DNA from: Octopus sinensis
Taxonomy: Eukaryota
Direction of reading: 5' to 3'
NCBI RefSeq assembly: GCF_006345805.1
Contig: NC_043008.1
Coordinates: 34,100,001 to 34,164,000 of the forward strand
Length of the DNA stretch: 64,000 nt
The position numbers were made by a program, and so were the translations under genes. Shown here piece by piece: positions 25,559-38,261 of this stretch. Position 1 is the stretch's first letter; each line of letters begins with the position of its first letter. The notes beneath the pieces were generated by a model. It had not been told where the DNA came from and made no database searches. It saw only the letters and a list, made by a program, of their open reading frames with translations.

Positions 25559-25772
25559 TAATTATATTATTATTCCACCAAGGCTGACATTATCCTTCAT
25601 CCTTTGGTGTCGAAAAAATAAACACTAGTTGAGCACTGAGGTAATTGATATAACCCCACCCCACAAATTGCTGGCCTTCTTCTTCTGTTTATTATATTAT
25701 TATTATATTTCATCATATCATCATCACCATCATTATTATTATTATATATTATATATATTCATCATCATCATA

Positions 25773-25810
<38 letters not shown>

Positions 25811-25813
<3 letters not shown>

Positions 25814-28800
25814 TAGTTTTATTTTTATAGCGTGCTTTCACTTCACTACCGAGCACAGCTCTGTGTGCCTTGGGTATGTGCTGGGATTTGTTGTGATGCT
25901 CTGATGGTTATTGTATGGAAGGTGTTCTGCGTAGGATGTGTGCAGTGCCTAGTAGTGCAATTTTCTGTATGTTATATGTATTTGTAAGTCCTGGTGTTTT
26001 TGTTATGTATTTGTCTGAATATTTTTTTATCATGCCTAATGCACCTACTATGATAGGAATTGTTTCTGTTTTCAGATTCCACATTCTGGTTACCTCTATT
26101 TCCAGGTCTTTGTATTTTGAAAGTTTCTCTATTTCTTTTAGAGACACGTTGTCATCTGCCGGTATTGATACATCAATTAGAAAGCATTTTTTTCTTCATG
26201 ATCTCTGACAGCTATATCTGGTCTGTTGGCCTTAATTTCTCTATCTTTGTGTATCGGCATATCCCAGAGTATGGTTGCTTTCTCGTCTCTGTGATTCTTT
26301 TCTGGTGTGTGCCTATACCATCTTTTTCTGTTGTTATTCCATAATGTTGGCATAGCTTCCAGTGTATGTAGGTTCCAACTCTGTCATGTCTGTGAATATA
26401 TTCCTTCTTAGCCAGGACTGGGCAGCCAGAGATTATATGATTTATTGTTTCTTGTCCATCTCCACATATTCTGCAGTTACTTGTTATATTTCTTTTCTTT
26501 ACATGTTTTGGGTAATTTCTGGTGGGGAGGCTTTGGTCTTGTGCTGCAATTAAAAATCCCTCTGTTCTGCTTTGAGTCCTGAGCTTCTCAACCATTGCTG
26601 GGATTTTTCTTTGTCTATTTCTTTTGCATTTAGTTTAGTCCAGTATTTACCACGAAGGGGCTTTTCTTGCCATCGTTTTATCATGGTTCTTTGCTGTTCT
26701 AGTTTAGTTTGGATTTCATTTGTTTTATAGCTTTTGTTGTTTCTTCATCTTCTTCTTCTTCATATTTGTTAGGTGGTATGATTTCTGTTTGTACTTGTCA
26801 GCTTCCTTAAATACTGAGAACAGTTTTTTGTTTTGCTCGTGTTTTGCCGCTATTTGTATCAGTTTTCCTTCCTTCTGAAATAGATATTTTTGCAGTCCTA
26901 TGGTGGTTATTTTATAGTAGTTTTCCAGCTGTATAAGGCCTCTACCACCTTCTATACGTTGTATATATAGTCTTTCTTTGTCAGATTTTGGGTGATGCAT
27001 CCTAGATCCTGTCATTATTTTTCTTGTTTTCCTATCTATTTTGGTCAGTTCATTTAGTGTCCAGTTAAGGATATTGTAGCTGTAACTTATAACTGGGACA
27101 GCTAAAGTGTTAATACCTATTATCTTGTTTTTAGCATTGAGCTCTGTTTTTAGTATTGATCTAACTCGTCTATAATATTCTTTTTTTATTTTCTCTTTCA
27201 TTTGTGTGTGTTGTGTCTTATCTAGTTCATGGATTCCTAAGTATTTGTAAGTTTGGCTTTGGTCTAATTCTTTTATTTCATTGGTTTTATCTAGTGTGAT
27301 GTTGTTACTCTTAACTAGTTTTCCTCTTTTCAGGGTTACTTTGGCACATTTTTCTAATCCAAATTTCATATCTATTTCTTTGGTAAATCCATGAACTGTC
27401 TTTAATAGTGTTTCCAGCTGTTTGTCATTTGCAGTGTATAGTTTTAGGTCACCCATATATAAAAGGTGGCTGATCGTTTTGCCGTAACATTTATATCTGC
27501 ATCCAGTTCTATTTAGCATATCAGATAGAGGTGACAGTGCCAAGCAGAAAAGGAGTGGAGAGAGCGTGTCTCCCTGGTATATTCCTCATCTAATGGGGAT
27601 GGCTTTGGTTTTCATGAGTCCCTCTTTTGTTTGGAGCTGTAGGACTGTTTGCCATTTATTCATAGAGTGCTCTATGAATTTTATAATTCTTGGTGCTACT
27701 TTGTTAATGGCTAGTGTTTCGAGGATCCATGTGTCGGGGATGCTATCAAACGCCTTTTTGTAGTCAATCCAGGCCATACTGAGGCCTTTCTTCTTTCTGT
27801 GGCTGTCTTCAGTTATGGCTTTATTAATCATTAGTTGATCTTTACAGCCATATGAGCCTTTGCGGCATCCTTTCTGCTCTTCTGGAAACAGTTTGTTTTC
27901 GTCCAGGTGCTTGTTCAGCCTTTGCGATATCACTGCAGTAAATGCATTGTACGTTGTAGGGAGACAGGTTATTGGTCTGTAGTTTTCTGGTTTTGCTGTT
28001 TCATTTGATTTGGGAATTAAGATGGTTTTTCCCCTTTGTTAGCCATTCTGGCATTGTCTCTGGTTCTGCTAGTATGTTGTTAAAGTTTTCAGCCAGCTTT
28101 TTGTGCATTCCTGTTAGATATTTCAACCAGAAGTTGGGGATCTTGTCATGCCCAGGTGCCTTCCAGTTGCTTAGTCTTTGCAGTGCCTGGGTGACCTCTT
28201 CAGTTGTTATGGGTGTCCAAATTTGTTCAGTAGCTGAGTTTGTTGTTTTAATGCTCCTTTTTTTTTGGTTGTTCCATCGCCGACCATATTTCTCTCCAGA
28301 ATTCTTCCACTTCTTCTGCCGTTGGTGCTGCAGTGATTTCTATTTTATTTTTTCCCAGTTCTTGGTAGAACTTTTTGGGGTTGGAGTTGAACTTTTTGTT
28401 TTGTTCAAAGAAGCGCTGGCGTTTCTCGTACCGGCGGATCTTTTGTGCTTTGGCAAGGATATCTTGCTTTAGTTTTTCTTTTATCTCAGGTAAATCTTTT
28501 TCTGTGATGTTGTATTTGCAGAGTATTTTTGTTTTCTTTTTGTTGCTCAGTAGCGTTGATTGACTACTGATTTCATTAAGAATCGACAGATCTTTTCTCA
28601 TTTTTTGTATTTTGTTTTGGATGTTATTTATCCACAGGGTTTGTTTGGGTGGTGGTACTCCTGTTTGGATGGGTTTGAGTGAGTATCCAGCTTCTTTTGT
28701 AGCTGCAGTGGCTGCTGCGTATACTAAGTCATTTAGCTCAGTGATATCACTTTTTGTTTCAGTGGCTATTAGTTCCGTGACGGCTAGGTTTATGCTGTTT

Positions 28801-29902
28801 ATAATTGATGTTGTTGTTTTGTCTATTTTGATTTTTGGGAGGTATGGTCGGTGGTCCATCTTGAGATCTGTGTTTTTCAGTTCTTTGATTATTCTACTTT
28901 TTATAGTATCATAATCATTAGGCTCCCTTTCGTTGTTTCCAGGTTTTACATTTGTGTCACTTTTTTTCATGTTCGTATGTTTGCTTTTCGTGTTTTCGCT
29001 TGCTGTTTGTAGTGTATTATTATGCATCCTTACGATCTGGGTTTGTTGTTTTTTGTTTACATCGTGTTTGTTGGGAATGTTAGGTTTGTCTTCGTGTTTT
29101 ACTGTTTCAGTGTTTATATTATTGGGCATTGTTGTGTGGCTTTTATCTACATTTTCCTGATGTATTTTTTCTTTTAGATGTTCTATTTCTATTTCTGATA
29201 TTTATTTTGCATTGAGAATGTATCTTCGTACGTTTGCTAGTTTATTAGGGTTCATTGTTGTATCCAAGTCTATATTTATGTTATTTTCCTTCCATATTTT
29301 ATATGTATGTGTTGTTGTGTTTTCATTTTTTGGGTAGAGCACTGCTGTGAAGTAAGCGTGTAGGATAGAAATGTATTCCTCACGTGTCCATTTATGTCTT
29401 TTGGGTTTTATTTGCGGGACATGAGGAACAACGTCCGGCCCATTATTTTGGCGGTCGTCATTTTCGTAGGGTATTGGTCCGTTCATTTCTGTTGTCACAT
29501 TGTTTTGCACGTGTAGTTTTTCGTACATTTTGTGTTGTAAGTTTAAAGTACGTACTTCCCAATTGTTATTCTTGGGTTGAATATTATCGGTGTTATTTAA
29601 TTTCTTCGTAGTTATTTTGTACATGGTGTTTGGGGTCGGGGATGATCTGGTGTTGATGGATCGTAATGTTTCTCGCATGTTTACATGTGTTGTGTTAGAG
29701 GTGGAGATGATATCGAGTTAAAATGCATCATTTCGTTTTGAAAATAGTAATAAGTTTCAATGAGTATTACTTACTCGGATATAGTCCAGTCCTTTGTTAG
29801 TAAATTTTTGGCTCCATACGATGTCTTTGTTTTCGATGTTTGTGGATAGATTTTGGAGCACTGTTTTATCGTTCTTACATCTTAAATGTCCCCGGTATTC
29901 TC
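25811..29902 (-). mobile_element. Near full-length R4/Dong-clade RLE retrotransposon, inactivated
   Basis: N-terminal KRHKWTREE motif (29202..29678); APGHDKIPNFWLK, NYRPITCL and WIDYKKAFDS; RT motif mutated to YMGD; CCHC CRICGDGQETINHIISGC..RHD; RLE ..IDVSIP..N..LKE.EKLSKY. Split by frameshifts; (AAT)n on both sides. Confidence 0.95.
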
Positions 29903-30040
29903 TTATTATTATTATATTATTATTATTATTATTATTATATTATTATTATTATTATCATCATCATCATCATCATTATTATTATCATTGTTATTATTATTAT
30001 TATTATTATCATTATTATTATTATTGTTATTATTATTATC

Positions 30041-30099
<59 letters not shown>

Positions 30100-30166
30100 G
30101 ATTATTATTATTATTATGATTATTATTATTATTATTATTATTATCATCATTGTTATTATTATTATT
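29903..30166. repeat. (ATT)n/(ATC)n microsatellite
   Basis: Directly visible; lies between the Dong 5' end and the 3' end of the 555-bp element. Confidence 0.97.
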
Positions 30167-30718
30167 GAGTGAGAGAGCAGTTCATGTCATCAAAGTGACA
30201 CTGGGGTAAAATATACGAAGCCCAATATACCCATCATGACTACCCGTCTGATAAGGGTACACCAGGCACATGCATCACAACCATATGTGCGCGACATGGT
30301 GATCTCATATCAAGATAAACAGCACATGACCTTGCAAGTGGGGCCCAGTTAGAATTATCTTCAGGTTGAGTAGCCCATCTCGCTCAAAAGGTCCCTGAAT
30401 AAGGGTTGTTTAAGGATGTTGAAAGAACCACCCATGTTTCCAGATGTGAATTATTCAAACCCCAAGAATCCCTCTCAACACATGGCTATGATGCTCCCTC
30501 ACTACTTCTGCTCGTGATCAGAGATGCACATATCGTCAGCCACTAAGGGACATGCTCAACTGGTTAAAGTCAAACAACTGACAAGCAAATCTGTGGTATT
30601 GAGCAGAATATTTGCTGTAGCCCATCTTTTATACCAAGACAAAACAATGTACATGATAACACTTCCAATCAGTTAAGATCAGAAGCCATGAGAGCCACTG
30701 CCTGGTACTGCATCAGGG

Positions 30719-30721
<3 letters not shown>
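30167..30721 (-). mobile_element. 555-bp element copy 4 (complete, best preserved)
   Basis: gagtgagagagcag...cctggtactgcatcagggcat, embedded in (ATT)n on both sides. Confidence 0.92.
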
Positions 30722-30754
<33 letters not shown>

Positions 30755-30836
30755 CATTATTATCATTATTATTGATATTATTATTATTATCATTATTATT
30801 ATCATTATTATTATCATTATTATCATTATTATTATT

Positions 30837-33426
30837 CAGTAGTTTTATTTTTATAGCGTGCTTTCACTTCACTACCGAGCGCAGCTCTGTGTGCCTTGGG
30901 TATGTGCTGGGATTTGTTGTGATGCTCTGATGGCTATTGTATGGAAAGTGTTCTGCGTAGGATGTGTGCAGTGCCTAGTAGTGCAATTTTCTGTATGTTA
31001 TATGTATTTGTAAGTCCTGGTGTTTTTGTTATGTATTTGTCTGAATATTTTTTTATCATGCCTAATGCACCTACTATGATAGGAATTGTTTCTGTTTTCA
31101 GATTCCACATTCTGGTTACCTCTATTTCCAGGTCTTTGTATTTTGAGAGTTTCTCCATTTCTTTTAGAGACACGTTGTCATCTGCCGGTATTGATACATC
31201 AATTAGAAAGCATTTTTTTTCTTCATGATCTCTGACAGCTATATCTGGTCTGTTGGCCTTAATTTCTCTATCTCTGTGTATCGGCATATCCCAGAGTATG
31301 GTTGCTTTCTCGTTTTCTGTGACCTTTTCTGGTGTGTGCCTATACCATCTTTTTTCTGTTGTTATTCCATAATGTTGGCATAGCTTCCAATGTATGTAGG
31401 TTCCATCTCTGTCATGTCTGTGAATATATTCCTTCTTAGCCAGGACTGGGCAGCTAGAGATAATATGATTTATTGTTTCTTATCCATCTCCACATATTCT
31501 GCAGTTACTTGTTATATTTCTTTTCATTACATGTTTTTGGTAATTTCTGGTGGGGAGGCTTTGGTCTTGTGCTGCAATTAAAAATCCCTCTGTTTCTGCT
31601 TTGAGTCCTGAGCTTCTCAACCATTGCTGGGATTTTTCTTTGTCTATTTCTTTTGCGTTTAGTTTAGTGCAGTATTTACCATGAAGGGGCTTTTCTTGCC
31701 ATCGTTTTATCATGGTTCGTTGCTGTTCTATTTTTAGTTTGGATTTCATTTGTTTTATAGCTTTTGTTGTTTCTTCATCATCTTCTTCTTCTTCTTCGTG
31801 TTTATTAGGTGGTATGATTTCTTGTTTGTATTTGTCAGCTTCCTTAAATACTGAGAACAGTTTTTTGTTTTGCTCGTGTTTTGCTGCTATCTGGATCAGT
31901 TTTCCTTCCTTCTGAAGTAGGTATTTTTGCCGTCCTACGGTGGTTATTTTATAGTAGTTTTCCAGCTGTATAAGGCCTCTACCACCTTCTATACGTTGTA
32001 TATATAGTCTTTCTATGTGAGATTTTGGGTGATGCATCCTAGATCCTGTCAGTATTTTTCTTGTTTTCCTATCTATTTTGGACAGTTCATTTCGTGTCCA
32101 GTTAAGGATATTGTAGCTGTAACTTATAACTGGGACAGCTAAAGTGTTGATAACTATTATCTTGTTTTTAGCATTGAACTCTGTTTTTAGTATTGATCTA
32201 ACTCGTCTATAATATTCTTTTTTTATTTTCTCTTTCATTTGTGTGTGTTGTGTCTTATCTAGTTCATGGATTCCTAAGTATTTGTAAGTTTGGCTTTGGT
32301 CTAATTCTTTTATTTCATTGGTTTTATCTAGTGTGATGTTGTTACTCTTAACTAGTTTTCCTCTTTTCAGGGTTACTTTGGCGCATTTTTCTAATCCAAA
32401 TTTCATATCTATTTCTTTGGTAAATCCATGAACTGTCTTTAATAGTGTTTCCAGCTGTTTGTCATTTGCAGTGTATAGTTTTAGGTCATCCATATATAAA
32501 AGGTGGCTGATGGTTTTGCCGTAACATTTATATCCGCATCCAGTTCTATTTAGCATATCAGATTGAGGTGACAGTGCCAAGCAGAAAAGGAGTGGAGAGA
32601 GCGTGTCTCCCTGGAATATTCCTCTTCTAATGGGGATGTCTTTGGTTTTCATGAGTCCCTCTTTTGTTTGGAGGTGTAGGACTGTTTGCCATTTATTCAA
32701 AGAGTGCTCTATGAATTTTATGATTGTTGGTGCTACTTTGTTAATGGCTAGTGTTTCGAGGATCCATGTGTGGGGGATGCTATCAAACGCCTTTTTGTAG
32801 TCAATCCAGGCCATACTGAGGCCTTTCTTCTTTCTGTGGCTGTCTTCAGTTATGGCTTTATTAATCATTAGTTAATCTTTACAGCCATATGAGCCTTTGC
32901 GGCATCCTTTCTGCTTTTCTGGGAACAGTTTGTTTTCGTCCAGGTGCTTGTTCAGCCTTTGCGATATCACTGCAGTAAATGCCTTGAACATAGTAGGGAG
33001 GCAGGTTATTGGTCTGTAGTTTTCTGGTTTTGCTGTTTCATTTGATTTGGGAATTAAGATGGTTTTTCCCCTTCGTGAGCCATTCAGGCATTGTCTCTGG
33101 CTCTGCTAGTATGCTGTTAAAGTTTTCAGCCAGCTTTTTGTGCATTCCTGTTAGATATTTCAACCAGAAGTTGGGGATCTTGTCATGCCCAGGTGCCTTC
33201 CAGTTGCTTAGTTTTTGCAGTGCCTGGGTGACCTCTTCAGTTGTTATGGGGGTCCAAAGTTGTTCAGATGCCGAGTTTGTTATTTTGATACTCCTTTTTT
33301 TTGGCTGTTCGTTCGCCGACCATATTTCTCTCCAGAATTCTTCCAATTCTTCTGCCGTTGGTGCTGCAGTGACTTCTATTTTATCTTTTCCCAGTTCTTG
33401 GTAGAACTTTTTGGGGTTGGAGTTGA
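30837..33426 (-). mobile_element. 5'-truncated R4/Dong element, same family as 25811-29902
   Basis: Near-identical sequence with the same 3' UTR end (…aaaataaaactactg then (AAT)n). The truncation point abuts (ATT)n at 33427-33446. Confidence 0.95.
31480..32868 (-). pseudogene. Dong RT domain ORF (462 aa, intact YMDD)
   Basis: WIDYKKAFDS, GIFQGDTLSPLLF, HLLYMDDLKLY, YKYLG, GGRGL and QDQSLPTRNY; the frame is broken in the zinc knuckle. Confidence 0.9.
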
Positions 33427-33979
33427 TTATTATTATTATTATTATTAAGTTATTGAGATTGTAGAATTGAATTGTTCCAGTGTTGGACAAAAGGCTTATC
33501 TTGGGAATATAGAGGTCCTCGTGAAGAATACTGCTGATGTTGAAGCCCCACTGGCAGCAACAGTGTACAACAGTAATGTCAGCAGCAACAGCAGTAAAGG
33601 GAAGAAGGACAACAGCTGTTGCACTGGCACCAATAACATTAGTAACAACAACAATGACATCCACAGCAGAGTGTAAACATACCACCTAGGAAAATGTTCA
33701 ACCAAACTCCCTCTTACAGTTCTATCTTTAAGAGATGAGGAATTATGTACATTATTTACATTATTTACATTATTTACTTTCGACTAATGTAAGGATGAGG
33801 ACAAATATCCATTGAGTGTAAATAATGTAAATAATATACAAACTCCCATTTGATTACTATTCCTCTATCCCTAACTTTTTCAAACACACACAAACATTCT
33901 TATGCTCCCTCCTATGTTGGACTTTTCCCATGTGTAAATATCATCTTGTGAGGAGGGACAACCAATTAAAAATAAAAAT

Positions 33980-34460
33980 ATGGCTGTGTGGTAGGTGCAA
34001 GCATGGCTGTGTGGTAGGTGCAAGCATGGCTGTGTGGTAGGTGCAAGCATGGCTGTGTGGTAAGAAGTCTGCTTCTTAACTGCTCGATTCTGGGTTCAGT
34101 CTCACTGCATGGCAATTTGGACAAACGTTTCTACTATAGCCTCAGGTTAACCAAAGCCTTGTGAGAGGATTTGGTAGATGGAAACTGAAAGAAGCCCATC
34201 ATATGTATATGTGTGTGTATATCTATATATTTATGTGTGTGTGTGTCTTTGTGTCTGTGTTTGTACACCTCCATCACCTCTTGGTAACTGGTGTTGGTGT
34301 GTTTATGTCCCTGTAACTTAGTGATTCAACAAAAGAAACTGATAGAATAAGTACTAGTAGACTTTAAAAAATAAGTCATATGGTCTATTCGTTTGACTAA
34401 AACCCTTCAAAGTGGTGCTCCAGCATGGTTGCAGTAAAATGATTGAAACAAGTAAAAGAA
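33980..34460 (+). mobile_element. CORE-like tRNA SINE with triplicated 23-bp 5' end
   Basis: atggctgtgtggtaggtgcaagc x3, then the normal head, a central (TA/TG)n and the tail ending gaaacaagtaaaag. Confidence 0.9.
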
Positions 34461-34989
34461 TAAAAAAATAAAGTAAATATAATAAGAAGAAAATAAAAAA
34501 TAAAAGGATGCACTTGCTCTGAACAAGCCTCACGCCCATAACTGCATCATTGAAACTACAGTCACAGCCAGCATAAAGAAATCCACAATGATTACTTCCG
34601 CCAACAACATACACCCCAACAAAAAGAAAACATAGTAGACTGATATACAAACACAACAACAACAACAAAATACATCCACTTCAAACTTTGTGCTGATAAG
34701 GAACACAAATAAAAATTTGATGCCCTTCATAGAAGGGAAACTAAAAGCAATTAAATAGAGGGTCCGGTACAGCTCTTTCAAAGTGCAAAACAAGAAAAAA
34801 AAATGAAATTAATAAGGCTGGACTTACTTGGGGACATATAAAATATAGAGGGATGTAGGAAGTTTGAATGTAAGGTCCAGTAGAAGGCTTCAAAAGGACT
34901 TTTCAAATAAAACCTAAAACTCCATGGAAACTGAATTACATCATCTCCAGAACAACAAAATGGGTAAGTAACTTGTTTCCTTTTCTCAT

Positions 34990-35570
34990 CATTACCATTC
35001 AGCCAGATTGGTGGTTCTGAGAATGGGATGCATAAGTGCATATGGTCTGGAATTATCCTGGAAGCAAGATCACCTTGGATGTAACAACCATCAGCAAGAT
35101 CAGAATTTCCAACACATGTGCTTTAACACCTAGTTTTGGCAATTTTGAGATTTTTGCATCTCCTACTCAGCCTGGAATGAGCAGGGTAATTAGATTGGTG
35201 GGGAGGCTAGGTGGCAGTGCTATTCCATCCAGAAAGAAGGTGATGTGGTGAATCAGTGAAGTGGACAGAACCATAATAACAGAGACAGGCTTGGAAAAAA
35301 CTGGAAAAAGGGTAAAACTGAGAATGATACCAAGTAAGTAGAAGGGAAACTATGTGACAAATTTATTTAGCAAAGTATAAAGTAGAATGGGAGAAATTTG
35401 CTAATGTTTTTTGTCATTAAGATCAGAAATATGATCTGGATTGTGAGACAGCAAACTAAAGAGATTTGTGGCATTGTGGCTGAGAAAGGTATACGGATGG
35501 ATAATGGTATACTTGTACTTAGTATTTCTGAAAAGAAGGAAACATCTACAAAGGCATGTTCTGAACACTA
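34990..35570 (+). mobile_element. Degenerate RTE fragment (endonuclease-RT linker)
   Basis: Similar to 15650-15880 and 17945-18070 (gtgatgtggtg..., gaaatttgctaatgtt, ggatggataatggt). Confidence 0.5.
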
Positions 35571-36239
35571 AACTGTTCATTGTTCAAAGGTCTGGATGAA
35601 ATTTTACCTTTGTTGGAAGCAGGTGAGTGTTGGGAACAGGAAGGTGGTCAAACCACAGAAAATCCAGCTTCAACAAGTTACATGTAACTCATGCAAATGT
35701 GAAATAGTGGAGATTACAACAAAATAGAAATGTGTATATGTATGCTCAATATAAATATTTGGTTGACAACTGATGAATGATATTAATATAATATAATATA
35801 ATATAATATAATATAATATAATATAATATAATATAATATATGTAATATAATACATATATACTAGTGCAGACATGCTATCTTTAAGACAGCATGTTTTAAT
35901 ATGTTGGGGTGATATCATTGTATATATTCTATAGCATATATGTGTAAGTATATATATATGGCATGCATGTGAGAAGAAAGCTGGAAAAACATTCAACATG
36001 GATGAAGCTCAAACATTAATAATGGAAAATGCAGTGCTAAAGGATGAAATGTTAAGGGAATGTGCACTTATATAGCAATAAAAAAGTTACAAGCTTATTA
36101 CTGCCAATAAACTTTCTAATATATATCTGTATATACACACTACAATGCATTTTAATACAATTAGTATTTGTTACTAAACATAATATCCTCATCAATACTG
36201 TTATCCTATTTACATTTATGTGTAGTGAAAATCTATTTA

Positions 36240-36715
36240 TATATATGTGTGTATGTATGTATGTATGTACTAATATGTATATGTATGTGTGTGTATGTAT
36301 GTATGTATGTATGTATGTATGTATGTATGTATGTATGTATGTATGTATGTACTAATGTGTGTGTGTATGTACTAATGTGTGTATGTATGTATGTATGTAT
36401 TATGTATGTATGTACTAATGTGTGTATGTATGTATGTATGTACTAATGTGTGTGTATGTATGTATGTATGTATGTATGTATGTATGTATGTATGTATGTA
36501 CTAATGTGTGTATGTATGTATGTATGTATGTACTAATGTGTGTGTGTATGTATGTATGTATTATGTATGTATGTACTAATGTGTGTATGTATGTATGTAT
36601 GTATGTATGTATTATGTATGTATGTACTAATGTGTGTATGTATGTATGTACTAATGTGTGTGTGTGTATGTTTGTATGTATTTATGTATGTATGTATGTA
36701 TACTAATGTGTGTGT
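36240..36715. repeat. (TATG)n with periodic TACTAATGTGTG interruptions (higher-order repeat)
   Basis: About ten tactaatgtg motifs embedded in TATG runs. Confidence 0.92.
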
Positions 36716-36819
36716 ATATATACACATACATACAGAACACCCTGAGATGAGTGGGGAGGAGGAAGGAAAGTAACCTCAAATCAAAGACCTGATCTGAATG
36801 TGTGCAATACAAAGGACTC

Positions 36820-37040
36820 CTAAGGTGGTGAGCTGGCAGAAACATTAGCATGCTGGGCAAAATGCTTAGCAGTATTTTGTCTATCTTTACATTCTGAGTT
36901 CAAATTCTGCTGAGGTTGGCTTTACATTTCATCCTTTCAGGGTGGATAAATTAAATACCAGTAGCATACTGGAGTCGATCTAATTGACTGGCCCTCCCCC
37001 ATAATTTTGGGCCTCATGCCTAGAGTACAAAAGAATATAG
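36820..37040 (+). mobile_element. tRNA-derived SINE (GAGCTGGCAGAA family)
   Basis: ggtgagctggcagaaacattagc...gagttcaaattctgc...gggcctcatgcctagagtaca. Confidence 0.9.
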
Positions 37041-37442
37041 TGGACTCCAGTGAAAGCACCTAAGATGACAGACAGTGGGTTTTAAATTGGATAACAAATT
37101 AAGGTTGTCACCCAAACAAAACGATGACAAGATTTGAACTCAAAAACACATTGAGTTGGAACAAATACCACAAGATACTCGATCCAATGTTTTTGCAATT
37201 CTGTTCATCCGTCTCCCTGGATTAATACTCTTTTTTATTCATCAACCTTGAAAGGATGAAAGGCAAATTTGACATAAGAATGCACAAATGACTATTTTCC
37301 AATAAGCAGGTGGTATGTTTAGATTCTGTTGGGTGCGTCATTGTTGTTTACATCCCCATAACTTAGTGGTCTGATGATAGACCCTAATAGAATAAGTACC
37401 CAGCTTATAAATAAGCTCTGGGATTAATGTGTTCATCTGAAC

Positions 37443-37796
37443 CAGAGGTTCTCAACTGGGGTTAACATGGACCCTCAGGGGCTATATAAGATTTTTGTGG
37501 GTCCAAACAACAAAGTAATAAATTGGGGATCCACAAAACTATTTTAAAGGCCCCTGAAAAATTTTGCTTTCGATGTATGTATTGTTATGTATTGCAAGAA
37601 ACAGCTGGATGCTTTTTCTCTAACATTTTATATAGTTCGACCAACTCAAGTTAAAGTGTGAAAAACAAAATAGGAATTTTAAAAGAAGTTTCTATAAAAC
37701 TAGTTTTTGAACATTGAATAGTAATGAGATGGGGGTCCACCAGAATAAAATAGTAATGAAAGGGGTCTGTAGGTGAGAAATGGTTGAGAACTCCTG
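37443..37796. mobile_element. hAT/Charlie-like MITE inserted into a SINE tail
   Basis: TIRs cagaggttctcaac / gttgagaactcctg; the flanks rejoin the SINE tail (gttc...aacccttcaagg). An 8-bp TSD was not resolved. Confidence 0.65.
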
Positions 37797-38192
37797 AACC
37801 CTTCAAGGTTGTGGCCCAGCATGTCTGCAGTTCAATGAAAGGAAAAATAAAAGATAAATACAGACAAATAGAGGAAATAAAGAATCACAACTTACTGGTT
37901 AATTAAAAATATAATTTCCATAAATCAGTGACTATTTTTTTTTTATAATTTTGATCCTTTATATTCCGATTTCAAATCTTGTTGGGATCTGTTTGCTTGT
38001 TAGTTCTTTCGTTGGTTTGGTAAACTAATTCGAATGAAAAGTGTGACATCAATATATGTATGCTACACAGCTACATCTAATCCACTCCTAACAAATTTGA
38101 GGCTTGGGTCTAAAGTGAGATATATAATAAGATTGTATGAGTACGTGTGTGTGTAATTTTAGTGCATTGGTGTGGCTTTAATTATGTGTGTG

Positions 38193-38261
<69 letters not shown>

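Noticed and set aside
30660-30721. U2 snRNA origin or HDV-like ribozyme for the 5' end of the 555-bp element
   Set aside because: Only a short cctggta.tgca resemblance to the U2 3' end was seen, on the opposite strand, and I could not build the HDV nested pseudoknot.
33467-33705. Short ORFs around the (CAG/CAA)-rich stretch 5' of Dong#2
   Set aside because: Low-complexity sequence; ORF 33038..33685 is a chance read-through across (AAT)n into Dong.
33980-34064. CRISPR-like direct repeats (also 40910-41115)
   Set aside because: There are no unique spacers of regular length, the context is eukaryotic, and no cas genes are present.
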